Shown here in pieces: positions 11,576 to 57,940 of a stretch of DNA of 64,000 bases. How positions within the stretch are numbered: position 1 is the first letter of the stretch; each line of letters begins with the position of its first letter. Below the pieces are notes generated by a model. It was not told the DNA's origin, did no database searches, and worked only from the letters and a program-made list of their open reading frames with translations. Both the position numbers and the translations under genes were made by a program. Source of the stretch: Phoronis australis (lineage: Eukaryota; Animalia; Phoronida); contig NMRA01000283.1 of assembly GCA_002633005.1 (NCBI GenBank), positions 471,583 through 535,582 of the forward strand, given 5' to 3'.

Positions 11576-13283
11576 TGTTTTCAAGTCTGTGTTTTAGTGC
11601 CCTCTCCTCTCTCTGCCAAACCACTTCTGGGAAGAGTACGACTGATGACGATTTTCAGATGGCTCTGCCTACTGTGACATCTCCTAATGACAGTTTTTTG
11701 GATCCATGGCTGTATTTCCTTAACCGTCTGCAGGATCTGTATTAAATTTGCCGATTGTATTTATATAAAGGTGACAACACAACGATGACTTTCAGATGGA
11801 TTCGACTACCATTGTATCTTTGGAGTTATGGAATTAGGCCCAAAGGTTTCACCTGCAAAGGCGATGATGTCTTCCGATTTTCAGATGGAATTGATGTGTA
11901 CATCACCTTGTGGCGTTTTTTTTTTTTTTTTATTTAAAAGTCTTTTTAGTCTGTTTTTGTCATTCACCTATCTGCCAGACCACAAAATGGGTGATTATGG
12001 AAATTGGCATTAATGTTCCTACTAAAAAGAGGACGGCTGACGATTTTTCTTTGGCTCCAACAACTGGCGGCTCCTAGTAGCAGTTTTATTATTTTTGCAC
12101 TTGTGGCTTATCTCCTTAACCCTGTGCATTATCTTTGTTAAATTTGGCAAGTGTATTTGTTGGAAGGTGGCAATGAATGACGTCTTTGAACATAGATACG
12201 ACTACCACTGTGTTCCTTTGTAACAATTTTATTTTTCCCAATTTTTTCTGTCTTTGGAAAATAGATTTCTATAGTAAATAGGCGGGTTACTCCTCCTGTT
12301 TTCAGATGGATTTGACATATTGTATGCTTCCGAGTGGCCAAACCACTCTAAGAATCATGAAAATTGGTGTTTTCCTGCTGGAAAAAGCATGGCTGACTAT
12401 AATTTTTGTTCAATCGTGACTACTGTGGTGCACCCTAGTGGCAGTTATACTTTTTTCGCATCCACAGCTTCTTCTTCTAAACCCCAGCAGAATTTTTGTG
12501 AAATCAACAAGTAAATTTCTGTGAATCTGACAATGTATGTCTTTTGGACATATCTGGCTGCCATTGTGCCCCCTTGTCATAGTTTTAGTTTTTTACAATC
12601 TTGGCCGGCATGTGTTCGTATTGAGAGCATTGCTGACTTGATATGCACACACTAGGGGTTACTTTAAATTTACTGCCATTGCTCTTTTCAGTGGGAATCT
12701 TCAACGATTGTTCAGGGAAGGTTTTGTGGACCTGCTGTGACAGTGGGAAAGTGGAAACAGAATTACACTTTCTTCTTGAATGTAATTTATATTCTGACTT
12801 ACGTGTGCTGTTCTAAACAAGATACGATACCTAAAGGTGGACGAGATAGTGTTCAGAATTTTTTTTTAAAACTCACGATTTAAAGAAATGTTGCTAGATA
12901 TTTAATTAATGCGGAGAAACGTCGAAATGAGTTCCTTGATGTGAATTAATTTAGATTTGAAAAATCTTGCACCCTCTATGTATTATATATTTGTAATGTG
13001 GGCCGGAGGCCTGTTACATGAAATATACAATATGGTTGAAAATAGTAATCATCCCTTGTATCCGCATTGTATGTGATGCACACAGTGGGCGCATATCAAC
13101 GCTACGCGCTGCTCTTGTTATATTTAAATATACGCTATGTTTTTTACTTGATAGAGACAAAATATTTTTCATGAATTATAGTTTAAGCCTTGACCTGTGG
13201 AAATGTTACTGTCCACTTCCTCCAAGGAGTTGCAATTGGCAACACCTGGCTCTAGAAAAATGACCAAAATTCGCGTCAAAATG

Positions 13284-13289
13284 TTTATT
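13284..13289 (-). terminator. Candidate polyadenylation signal AATAAA ending a 3' UTR of about 3 kb
   Basis: tttatt on the plus strand; the minus strand is U/GU-rich from 16330 to here. Another AATAAA occurs at 14858-14863. Confidence 0.3.
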
Positions 13290-15103
13290 CCACTTTAACT
13301 ATCAATTTTCTTTTACAAATTTGTCCAAACAATACAATTACATGTTTCACTTATTAAAAATAAATCTACGATGCATTAACACTTAGTAAGACAGTAGAGG
13401 ATAACAAAATTGAAACAAAGCTTGAAATTAAAATTACAAAATGGCATTGTGTGATCGCTATGCAACAATACAGTCGAACCACATTACTAAGTGCCTGGCT
13501 TATACGACGTTGCATTTTGCAAGTGACGAGTCAACCATACACAAGTTCATTTTGCTGCAACGGGTGTTCCAGAAAAGTCTACGTGATGTTGTTTGACTGT
13601 ATAGAAGAAATGATCACACAAATTCCACTGAACCATACTTACACGACTACTCAAACGACTCCGACACTCATGCTGCAAACTTCTATCAATTCATTCTTAA
13701 AATATCCACCACAAGAACCTTTTACCACCTACACAAATTTGGCGTAGATTAAAGCAATGTGCTTCGTGTTCAGGTCTCCCATACTTCAAATTTTATGATT
13801 GGCTGCAAACAACATCACGACGGCAGGTGTTATATTACAACTGTAAAACAATGCTGTTTGTGTCGTACCAAGACCAAGTACGTGTTCAATAAAACGAGTC
13901 TCTTGGCATATCACACAAGCAAGAATCTTACATAATGCTCACGTGCCATCCAATCAGAAGGCAGATTGAAAAATTTTCAACATGACCGCTTATTAACATC
14001 AGACTCCAAATGAAATGGTAGATCAGCGTCCAACTGCAACAACGCTGCATTCCAATGATGTGCTGACCCATGGTGATTGCACATGATTGACCAAAATATC
14101 AATCTTTTTCACATTAATGGCATGCTAATAACTCCGGAGATGGGACTCCTTAGTGAAAGCTTCTTACATGTCTGATTTGCCTTCTGAGAAGACCTCTTTT
14201 CTGCCTTCTTACAAAAATTCCATATCTGAATGCACTGTTAATTAAGCTGGTAGCAACTAAAATGAGCCGTTGTTGAATTCTTCTAAAAGAGTTTAGTACT
14301 GTCCACTTTTCACACCACCCAATCCCATTCACTGCTACCAAACTGATCCCATTTTTAATAATATCGAGGCATTTAACAACACTATGACTCGAAGAACAAT
14401 TCTCGCAACATTCAAGTAAAGGAGGGTACTTAAAGCCTGGTTATTTTCCTACTAAACTTAGGAGGTGACTTCTCAACAGTTCACTCCCAAGCAATGGAAC
14501 AAGTTAAACAACACAAAACCAAGCAGTTACATTAGGTGGCCAAAATCTCTAACACATTAGTTAATGCAAAATCATACGATTTTGAACAAAGATTTGTGCG
14601 TTACATCCTGAAGGTTTAAAAATAAATAGTAAGACATTGTGTTCATACTTTGAAATATATCATCAATTATTAGGCAGGTCAAAAGGAATTTTTCGTCTCA
14701 CTAGAGCAACTTGTAGTTTTAAAGTGTTGGACATCTCCTGCCACCTAGTGACCAATGTGCCCACTTCAACATTCTGATACTGTGTGCAGCACTACACTGA
14801 TGTCAACGTCATATCATTTCAACATCATCCATCTTCCGAAGTTTTTGTTTACTACAATTTATTTTTATAAATGTTCATTCACAGTTCAACAATTTTAAAC
14901 CTTCGGAAAACCTGCCAATCCCGTGCATATTGTGAACACCTGTACATATTTTGTTGCCTGAATTTCAAGTTTTAAGTTCAAAATCACATGCATGCAAAAC
15001 TTTATGGCTTACTAGCAAACCTTTGTCAGCAAAATACCAAAACTATTGAACAACAAAACTGTTAGAATACAAGATGTTAAAATAGGTCAGGCAGTACCGA
15101 ATG

Positions 15104-15378
15104 AACAAAATACACAAAAATTGAGTCAAATACTGGAGTTTGCTTACGAATGCATCGAGAGCCCTTCTCTGAACAAACAAGGTGGATCAAGGTTCAACCG
15201 TCACACTCATGGGATAGTGTCCTGACCTAGATGTAGCGCTGTCTGGTTAAATCGCCACCTATTGGCCAGAACGATAATAGCATCACAAGCCAAGCAGAAG
15301 TTTGTGAGTGACGGATGCTATGTCGCAAACCCAAGTAAGCAAATTCCAGTATTTGACTCTATTTTTCTGTATTTTGTT
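15104..15378. repeat. Inverted repeat with 44-bp arms (3 mismatches) in the putative 3' UTR
   Basis: 15104-15147 aacaaaatacacaaaaattgagtcaaatactggagtttgcttac versus 15335-15378 gtaagcaaattccagtatttgactctatttttctgtattttgtt. Confidence 0.85.
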
Positions 15379-16192
15379 ACCTCAACTGGATGTCTCAAAC
15401 TTTCATGCTTTAACCACTTGAACAATGTTAGCATTTCGTGAAGACAGACACGTCAATCAAATTTCAATACAGTACACATTCTCCCACAAAGTAGCTGGAA
15501 TGACAGAAAGTACTACTCATCAAAACATTTCTTTCATTACTTCAAAAAACAATCTTCAAGCAAATCTAAAAGTTAGACAGACACCGGGGCTTTTCCTGTA
15601 ATCCAAATTACGTTCAACATCCACACGACTCGTGACACCTTTAACGTAGGTCGTTTAGCATTTGGTCTAACAACTTCTGGCCACAGAGCCTCACTTACAA
15701 TGCTGAGCTCAGCCAATCAAGAACTCCATAATATTTACTATTTATTTAAGGGGCATTTCCATTTTGCTAACAGCCAATACATCATGACATACACAGATGT
15801 AAATACGATTTAACCCTGTTGAGATAATTAGAATGCATGCCACAGCCCCAACTTCTATACCAGTTCAAATTGATGATGGGGGCACAGCTTGTCAACATAC
15901 AGTACAATCCAAAAGTATTCAGACAAAATGGCCCGGAATTCCTCATCATGACGTCAGATTAGACCTCCCTAATAACCAAGATTGAAAGGGAATCAACAGG
16001 AAATAGTAAGTTGACTAAACCATTTTGTAAGTAGAATTCTGCTGCCCTAATAGGTATTAGCTATCATGACGAGGAAACGGCCGTATTTTGTAAGATAATT
16101 CTTGTCTTCTACTGTAGGTTAGAAAAGCACTCCCTCATCCACTTTTTCCTCAACCAAAAGGGGGCAGCGTGTTGTTCATGTGGCCTCACACT

Positions 16193-16329
16193 TCACTCAA
16201 GCTCGTCACCCAGTATCACCATGGGAACCAGAGACAGGACACCAGTCAAAGGTGTGGTCTTAGTTGTGAAGCCCCGCCTCCTTTGACTTCCGTCACCACG
16301 TCGCAATACACCAGTACAAGCCTGCTTCC
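16193..16329 (-). pseudogene. Degenerate tandem copy of the ANKRD11/12 C-terminal coding sequence in the proximal 3' UTR
   Basis: Reads W*RKSKEAGLHN/KTTPLTGVLSLVPMVILGDELE* versus the gene's WEWKMKEVGLCEPKTTPKIDSLWVPMVLVSDELD. Confidence 0.8.
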
Positions 16330-49536
<33,207 letters not shown>

Positions 49537-52500
49537 GCCTACAGGTTACATAACTGGGTCGCGTCCATCAGGACAGGACACACCTGAAACAAAAAGATGG
49601 CGAATGTTCAGAAAAGAGAAAATCACATAAAATGCTTCAATATGATATATGTGAACAGTACCTGCTAAAGATGATGTCAGCGTTATTTCTGTCACATACA
49701 TCAGGTGACTTAGTCAATACTTGTCAGTTGGCACACAAGCATCACTCTGCATTACAGATCGTATGAACTGTTTACTGTCAACTTACAAAAGTGTATGTAC
49801 TCTGAATCATCCATTAACAACGAAACCACAGATGACACGTCAAGCAATCGTTGGAGCTTCGAGACTGTCCGTATTTAGTGAAAATACAACCATAAAAAAC
49901 TAACGCTGTGACTTAAAAAAAGCTTTGAGGTCACTATGCACAGTAACTAAAAAATAACTGAATAAAAGTAATTTGATGCCCTAAGTATAGATCGTAACAC
50001 ATGGACTATTAAACATTAGCTCCAGGCCTTCAGATATTAAAAAACGTTTTCTACAGAATATTACAGTAATCACGCGATTATGAACAATTGCTACGCTTAG
50101 ATTTATTATTCTTTAAAGATTCAGAAAATGCATAACTGAGGTTATACACTATCGAATAAAAAAATATTTGACGAAACCTCAAAGCAGTGGTTCTTCGCAA
50201 TCACCAAGTATGTGCTTCAGTAGACTTACGGAAATATTCGGAATGTATTGGCAATTCTCGACAACATCTGGGTGGAAATAGGCTAACTCTGTGAACAGTT
50301 GTCCGGCTTAATTTAGTCGTAATTACCGAAGATAATTCAAAACAAGCCATTGGAAAACGAAAACAGTTGTAGCCAAAGACTATAATTAAGACAAGGGAGT
50401 ACATCTGTCGAGTGATAATTGTGAACTGGAGTTAATACTTGTGCCATGGTTTGATTTAAGGTTTGTGGTTCAATCTACCAATCTTTGATGGAAGAGAATT
50501 TACTGTACCTCCTGTAGCTCATGTTCTAACCATGTCAACAAATCTGCTGACTGACGGCAAAAACGACTTAGTACATCTCTCAAGGACTGAATGAAAACAT
50601 ATTTCCAAATTCCGAGTTGAATCCAGAAACGAGTTTCACATTCACAATTTCATTTACATGTGCAGGATCAAAACTTGGCTTGAAAATTTTTGATTGATTG
50701 GACCTTTCGGCAATAAACTTAACATTACTCAGATAAACATGACTAGGACAAGAACAAGATTCAAATTCCACACTAGCATGGTGTTATTTTTGCACTGGGA
50801 ACACAGCAGCATACGTCCAAGCATGAAAACTTGGCAGGGACTCAGGCTTAACTGCTGACCCTGTCTCACACTCCAAGTTACAACACATGGCTGTTGATGA
50901 ATGTGAAAAGTACTGACAGATGTGATGCAATAACCCAGTATGTCTGGCTCTCTAACAAATGTTAGACTCCTGCAGGGTTTGGTGTGAAAATGGCCTTGAT
51001 AGTTACAAAGGTGGTCTGCACTCTAGCAAACGTCAACTAGAATGAGGTTAAACTTATCAGCAGCCAAAGCCATTTAGAAATACAGTGACTGTACAGATAT
51101 ACACAATACTGCATGTCTAAAGCTACTAATACACAAATATACACAGTTAAATTTTCCAAAACGACCTCATACATAACTTTCATAAAGACCTTCGATACTG
51201 TAAGCTTATTCCGTTTTTAAGTGTTTCTTGGATAACACCAAACTTGGAAGAACTAGTATAGCATTTGTACTTTGTATGATTTTCAGAATTGTAAAGCTAC
51301 GCCCTGTGTGTTCTCCGTTTTATGACTCATCTCGATCTATGAATCCTATAATCCTTGCCATCAACCATTCTGAATAGTATTTTCGCTCACCATTCGTCTA
51401 TACTGTATCCACTCACTTTTTATTGTTTATATGTAATTGTGTTATTAGTCTTATTACTTAGTCATTTTCTCTCTTTCATTAGAATGCCATATTTTTGTAC
51501 TGCATTGTTCTGCTATACAGGCAGCTATGACGTCCTCAATAAAGATAATCATTCATTTATAAATACAGGTTATCGCTAATGTTTGGCTCAACGCCCATCC
51601 TTGAAATTTCTAAATGCTGAGCCTTTATTACCAATACTCAGCACTCACGGCCAAGTTACAGATTGGGGACTTCCTAAAAGGATCAATGTCCTTGTTATGC
51701 CTACCTAAGGACTGACAGCCAGTTTCAGTGGCACCTTACCATGTTTGGATGAGAGGACATCCACATCTTACAACAGTAGACATGAAAGGGTTAGTTGTTT
51801 GGGCCCATGCGCATTCTATCATTACCCTTCCTGATACCCTGATAAAAAATGGTGTAGGAATCTACTCGATAGAATCGACCATTTGGGTAAACACCTATTG
51901 CCGACATCTCAAAAACTTATTTTTTAAAGTGTCTTAGTATGTTTAACACTCAATCTGATTTTTAAATACCCTATTGTTCTAAGGTTTAACCATGATAAAT
52001 ACAGTACATACGACAATTGGATCACTGTCTAAACACTCTGATTGTGGTCAATGGTTTTGTATGTAGCTTTGTAAGTTTGCTTTGGTGAAGAGCATTCCCA
52101 CCTCAGTGCCAGTAATGTTGACATATCATGTGATCTATTTCACTTAGTGTCAAAAATTACACACAGGGATTGGCCAGAAATCTCCCAGTTAAACAAAAAT
52201 CTGACCAAATTCAGACACAACTTTCCCAAAGGACTTCATAGAGCTCTATAAGTTATGCCAGAACACCTGTTAACACAATACATTTAGTTGGAAAATTGAG
52301 AGTGTGGACCAGTTTTATTGCACACAAACTACACAGTAGAATTCTGGTCAACAATAAAATGACCTTATCTACTGACGTTTTCATGTCTCCTGTATAATTA
52401 CTCTTTTTGATTTTCAGCCTGCGGGTTCAGAAAGCAACTTTCTAAGGACAAAAATACGCAAATAGTTAACAAACCAACTATCTGAAAGCAGATAACCAAC

Positions 52501-52611
52501 TATAACAGGCTAGGTCACTGCATCATTTCCCAAACTGTCAGCAGCAAAAACAGAAGTAGAGTCTAAGGTGCCATCCACACACTTAACCTGTCCACACGCA
52601 CTTAACCTGTA

Positions 52612-53180
52612 CCCTAGAACAACTTACTTCTGAAAGGAGTTGTCACTTAGTTTGGAGGCTGTCTAAAGGCTGTTTAAACTAGTGCAACTTGCCCCACATT
52701 TGACAACTTTAATCGCTATGTGGCCGCAAAACTGGGGAAAGACGGAAGTAATTATCACCTGCTGTTACATACAGGTGGGTCTTCTTTTGCTCGCTGTATT
52801 CGAATTAGCTGTTCATTGTCAATGACACCGTGGCGGCCATTTTTGACACTGGCTTGAGAGGTAGACCAAGTTGTACTCAACCAGTTGCTCCAGTGTCAAC
52901 TACACGTCTAAACACAACTGGTGCAGGGTAGAAAGGGGTCATCTTTCAATGCGCTTGCGCAATAGCGTATACACTGGGTGATCCGCTGGCACTCCACATG
53001 GTTTGGACATTTGCTATTGTTTATGTGACCATGCACAGACAGTCTTCGTGTAAGTGACTCGTGCTGATTCAGTTTGCGATCTAATGTCGTGTAAATGCGA
53101 CTTAGTCGCACCGTGACAACTCGCACCGTGACAACAGCTTTAGAGTGGGGCAAGTTATACTAGTGCAAGTTGTTCTAGGC
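52612..53180. mobile_element. TA-flanked MITE (Tc1/mariner-like); relatives at about 43283-43320, 57468-57872 and 61610-61890
   Basis: TIR cctagaacaactt...ctagtgcaacttgccccac / gtggggcaagttatactagtgcaagttgttctagg; TA on both sides. Confidence 0.7.
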
Positions 53181-54294
53181 TAAATTTGTGTGTGGAGGGA
53201 CACCTACTATATCAGTAAACACTCTAGCTATGAGCACCAATACACAGAGACATTCTAGCATTATGTGGTCATACAATGTATCTGAGCCTGCCCAAACAAC
53301 ACCTGTGTTGGTACATATGCAGCCACAAGGCAAACGGGATCAATGCAAACAACAAGACAGTCTATCACACTGCACACCTTCTGATGTTCTCAGGGTCACA
53401 GTGCATGGCAAGCCATTGAAGACAAGAACATAATAGCAATGCAGACATTAAAAATTTGAAAAGCTGGATGAGGTTTAATAATTCATGGACTTCACTCTGA
53501 AGAGATAGTGTTAAATTCCTTTCAATTAAGAAATGGAAACCTCGGAAGAGTGACACTTTGATGAAACTGGTGTTGCCTGTTCATACTACACCACAGCGTC
53601 AACGCTGCACTGTTAAATCTACCTGTTTACTGCAAAGTTAACTGGTGCTGTTAACTTCAATTCAGGACCAAAGTTAACCGTTCATACTGACCCCAACTCT
53701 CCAAAATATCGACGCGTCAATAGTATGAAAGGGCCTACAGTGAACACATTAAATCTTAACTTTGGAGAAGAAGAAATTCATTAATGTCTTCAAATGAGTA
53801 AACTAAACAGGTGTTACAAGGAACTTGCTTTTCGGTGACACATTACATTAGAGCAGAACAGGTGTCCTCTTTTAGCCACTAGGTCACACCATCAAGGTAA
53901 TTACACTTAAAAATTATACACAAAAAAGCTTTGTTTATACGCAAAATTAAGAATACAACATAAAGAACTTAACAGTCACTGTTTTGTCATCAAGAAAATT
54001 TCCTCAGATTTCCTTTTTATTAGTTAGTTATAAGTAGCATTTGAGACCAGTGTCAATTCAATGGTACTCCATTATGCATTACCCCAGTGAAAACTCAATA
54101 ACCACGTGGCCCAGGATGTGGTTAACAAAAATTACACAGAACACATTTTGCCTCAAATGTTCTATAGTCTGATCTGTTATATGTGCCTCCTGTAGTCATG
54201 TTCAGACCAACTAAACCTGGTGTGCGTTTAGTAACGCTAGGACCTACACTGAGACCTCCCTGAAATCTAGTCAAAGTCACATGTTCTCATTTAA

Positions 54295-55252
54295 ACAGTA
54301 CACACCATGGATTTTTGCACATTTTGAATTACCTGTGGCCACAGACAAAGTGCATGACGTAAAATTTAGCTAAACCCATGTTTATTTTGTGTAATTAGCT
54401 CGAAATTTTGATTATTCTTTCAATTTTGACAATTTTCACATTTCCCGCCATGTGACGTCATGGGTTGAACACAAGAGATCAATGACTGGCACTGAACAAT
54501 GGCGGAGAGCAGGGAATTTGAAAGCGACAACGATTATGAGCAAAAATTGAACGAATACTATGAAGAAACGAACGGGAATGGTGGCCAGGATGAGGAAATG
54601 GGGTTGCACGAAAGCGAGAATAAGTTTAATGTGCTTCAGGCAGCTTACATTTCTACTTTGAGCCTTACGAACTGGATCCTCCCGCGAGAGAAGCGGCCTC
54701 GGGCTCGGCAAGTCAACCCACTCATCCAACAGGCGATCCTGAATTAAGAGCTGATGTTTCTGATAAATATTGTCCTTTATTGAACCAGGCCTTCATCGTA
54801 ACGTCTCCGGTGACTGGAGTCGAAACACGAGTCCTCAAAGTGGGCAGAACACAGAGTGGCCCCGGACCGAATCCCTTGGTCCATGATGACGTCCCACACT
54901 CTCGTTCGGCGCACGAAGCGATGCCACTTCTGTGCAACTGTGGTGTCCTTCGGAACACCGAGACGTTCTCCGCCTGGCTGCTGCTGCTGCAGCCTCCGGA
55001 AACACATCTTTTGATCCCTCTACGAACCTTCTCGCCGCTAAATGTACTTTGCTTTCTCTTCACTCTATACACTTTGTCTCTGATCCGAACAGTATGGCGA
55101 ACGACTTGGGTTCAACCCATGACGTTGTACATAATTATTATTTTTTCAATTTTTGCGTGTTTCTTTATGAGCTGTGCACTAAAGGCACTGAAATCTAGTA
55201 AGGCATAATAATAAAATTTATTTTGAGGTACTAGAGTCATGTTGTGTACACT
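54295..55252. mobile_element. Internally deleted Kolobok-like DNA transposon with a THAP-domain remnant (minus) and a convergent acidic ORF remnant (plus)
   Basis: TTAA on both flanks (54291-54294, 55253-55256); TIR acagtacacaccatg / catgttgtgtacact; THAP motifs RCVSGGC...PKD...QKW..FV...LCSAHFEDSCF across frameshifted ORFs 54722..55072 and 54777..55007. Confidence 0.8.
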
Positions 55253-57524
55253 TTAAAATACACGGCAATATCCTTTTTTACCTCACGGTTTAACTGTTGT
55301 AACCCTAATATGTGATTTTAGATGATAGTTTTCACTGCTATCGCCTTCTGATTCATCGTAGTTAGAACCTTGGTGTGCCACTGTTTCCAACAAGATTTGA
55401 CAGCAGGCAGTGCCACCTAGTGAGTTGTAACTTTTGCAACTACCATGTTCACACCAAGTTACAGAGGTAATAACCTCTCACTAAACCATCCTCACAGAGG
55501 ATTACCTTTGGTGTGATTTTTCTAGCCCTGAGCCCGCTACTGAACTCTCTACGGGGGACACGGTATATAAGACAAGGGTCATGCACTTGAATTTTCATAG
55601 TGTGATTTCCAGGCTAGGGAAAAACCGACTGTTTGTTTTAGTGCTTGAGATCAGAGCACCCTCAATAGCTGGCTTGATATAAAGGGTCACAAACTGTCAG
55701 CTCTTCACAAGCTCAGAACTCACTTGTTATCTGAGTAAAGGCAAACTAGGATCAGTTTTATAGCACTTGGTGAAAGGTCTACAGGCCTTCTACAGGCCTT
55801 TTATCATACAGTATAATGTTAGCTGTGGTTTACCCCAAAAACGTTGAGCGTGAGTGTTTACATCAACTTCGGAGTAATAGTACTGGAAAGTTATCACAAG
55901 GCGGCGATAATATGACCTTTACCTTTTGCAAATATGAATGGTGCAATCTCAAACATTCAGGATTTTTTATATTTTTAAGGAAAGAATCCAGCGAACACGT
56001 GGACAAACTGAAACAGAATGCTTATCCTGCCAAAATAACAAATAATGGAACAAATTAATTTATTAGCAGATATTAACCAGCAAACTCTCTAATGGCATCG
56101 AAGTTAAGTGTTCTCATTATACCGAAGCATCGACGGTTCACTGTTAAATCCACCTCTTAACTTCGGCGTTAACTAGGGCTGTTATCTTCGATAAAAGACT
56201 GAAGTTAAGAGTTCCCACTGACCAAAGCTTCAGTAATACCGTAGCTTCCAAGGCAGTGGGAAAGACTTTAATTTAAGTGGGGGTTTGAAATGCTTTTCAC
56301 AGTACACACATTCACATATTTTGCTTGACTAAGCGGTGATAATTCTGTCTGCTTGAGTCAGAATTCAACACTATCAATCCCAGTGTAGATTGACAATTAG
56401 AATAACTGAGGCAATAGAATACCAAGTACAAGCTACTTTGTTTAATATCATTCATTGCTGAGAACAAAGGTAGACAGATTAATGACACAACTGGAAAAAC
56501 ACCCCAGGGTTGAGCCTTAAATAGGCTATTGTCTATTAGTTCAATGGGTTAAAAATCACCTAGTGTAAAGCATTCAGTCCCTGAATAGTGGAAACACTCC
56601 TAATGGGAAATGTGGCCAAGTGCCAGCAATTAACTCATGGCATTTAGTGGGGCTTGGTAATGGTAAGTGTGCTATGAATGAAACCCTGTGTGACATATAT
56701 TGAATGGGTTTACAAAACACTGGGCCTGGTTCAGGTGTCAGAACTATATCAGGCAAGCTTGATTCTGGTATAAGAGCGAGTGTTGATGTGAACTGTGTAG
56801 TTGAACTTTTCCCACTAACTTCAGTGAATAACGGATATCAAAGTTACAGGTTGTAGATGTCCCGGTCATCAAAATTATCACAGGATGGCAACGCGAAAAC
56901 TTTGCGTGTACAAGTTTTTAAAAATCATGAATGAAATTAAATGCCTATAGTTGCAGAATTGTGAATATTTGATAAAAATCAAATAATAACGCAAAACAAA
57001 CTGTGGTAAATAGTGACACCTGCCCATGACTCCCGTGGGGTGAAAGCTAACCTTTCATAGGGCATCAAAACCTCAATATTGTGCAATAAAACCCACCTGC
57101 AAGATAACTGCCAACATAAACCAATGGAGACTATTCACAATAACCAGTACTCCCCAAAACCTGGACACATTGACACTGGTGTGAAAGGCCTTTATGTTGA
57201 ACTTACAATGGATACAATGTATTGGACTGGCTATAATAAAAAACAGCACCAGAATACATGTACAATACTACTTGGGTAACTTGAACACTGCAATCAGGTC
57301 TGGCATAACCCTAAAGAACAGGGTTGGTGCTCCTAAATACACATCATAAAAGAATGCATTTAAACGATTGGTTCAGATTCACCACTGCAAATTTGATCTA
57401 TGGGTTTGACCTAATTAACACTGCCGAGGGTCTTTTAAAATTACACTTCAGTTCCCTCCACACACAGCCTACCATAAAACAACTTACACTGGTGAAACTT
57501 ACCCCACTTTAAGTGGAGCGTCCA

Positions 57525-57549
57525 CACCCACCCACGCACGCACGCGCAT

Positions 57550-57580
<31 letters not shown>

Positions 57581-57586
57581 CACACT
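57525..57586. repeat. (CA)n / (CACG)n microsatellite
   Basis: Direct reading. Confidence 0.95.
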
Positions 57587-57940
57587 ACTAGGGTAAGGCA
57601 GAAGTTGTGGCTCTGTGGGTAACAACGAACACCTAATGTGAGTACGGCACGCAAAAGAAAACCCCGTATCTGTGTAAATACAGCTGATAATTACTTCTGC
57701 CCTACCCCACTTTTGCGGCCACACAGCAATTACAAGTGGCGCAAGTTACCCCACCTCGATAATGTGGAGTAAGTTGTCACACAAGTGGGGTAAGTTGTGC
57801 TAATTGAAATAGCGTACAGACAACACTCAAACCTAGCAACGACTTACTTGTTCCAGGAGTAACTTGTACTAGGCTTAGTCTATGTGTGGACAGCATTATG
57901 ATACTGTACATAAGACAATTTACACTACAATTTACAGCTG

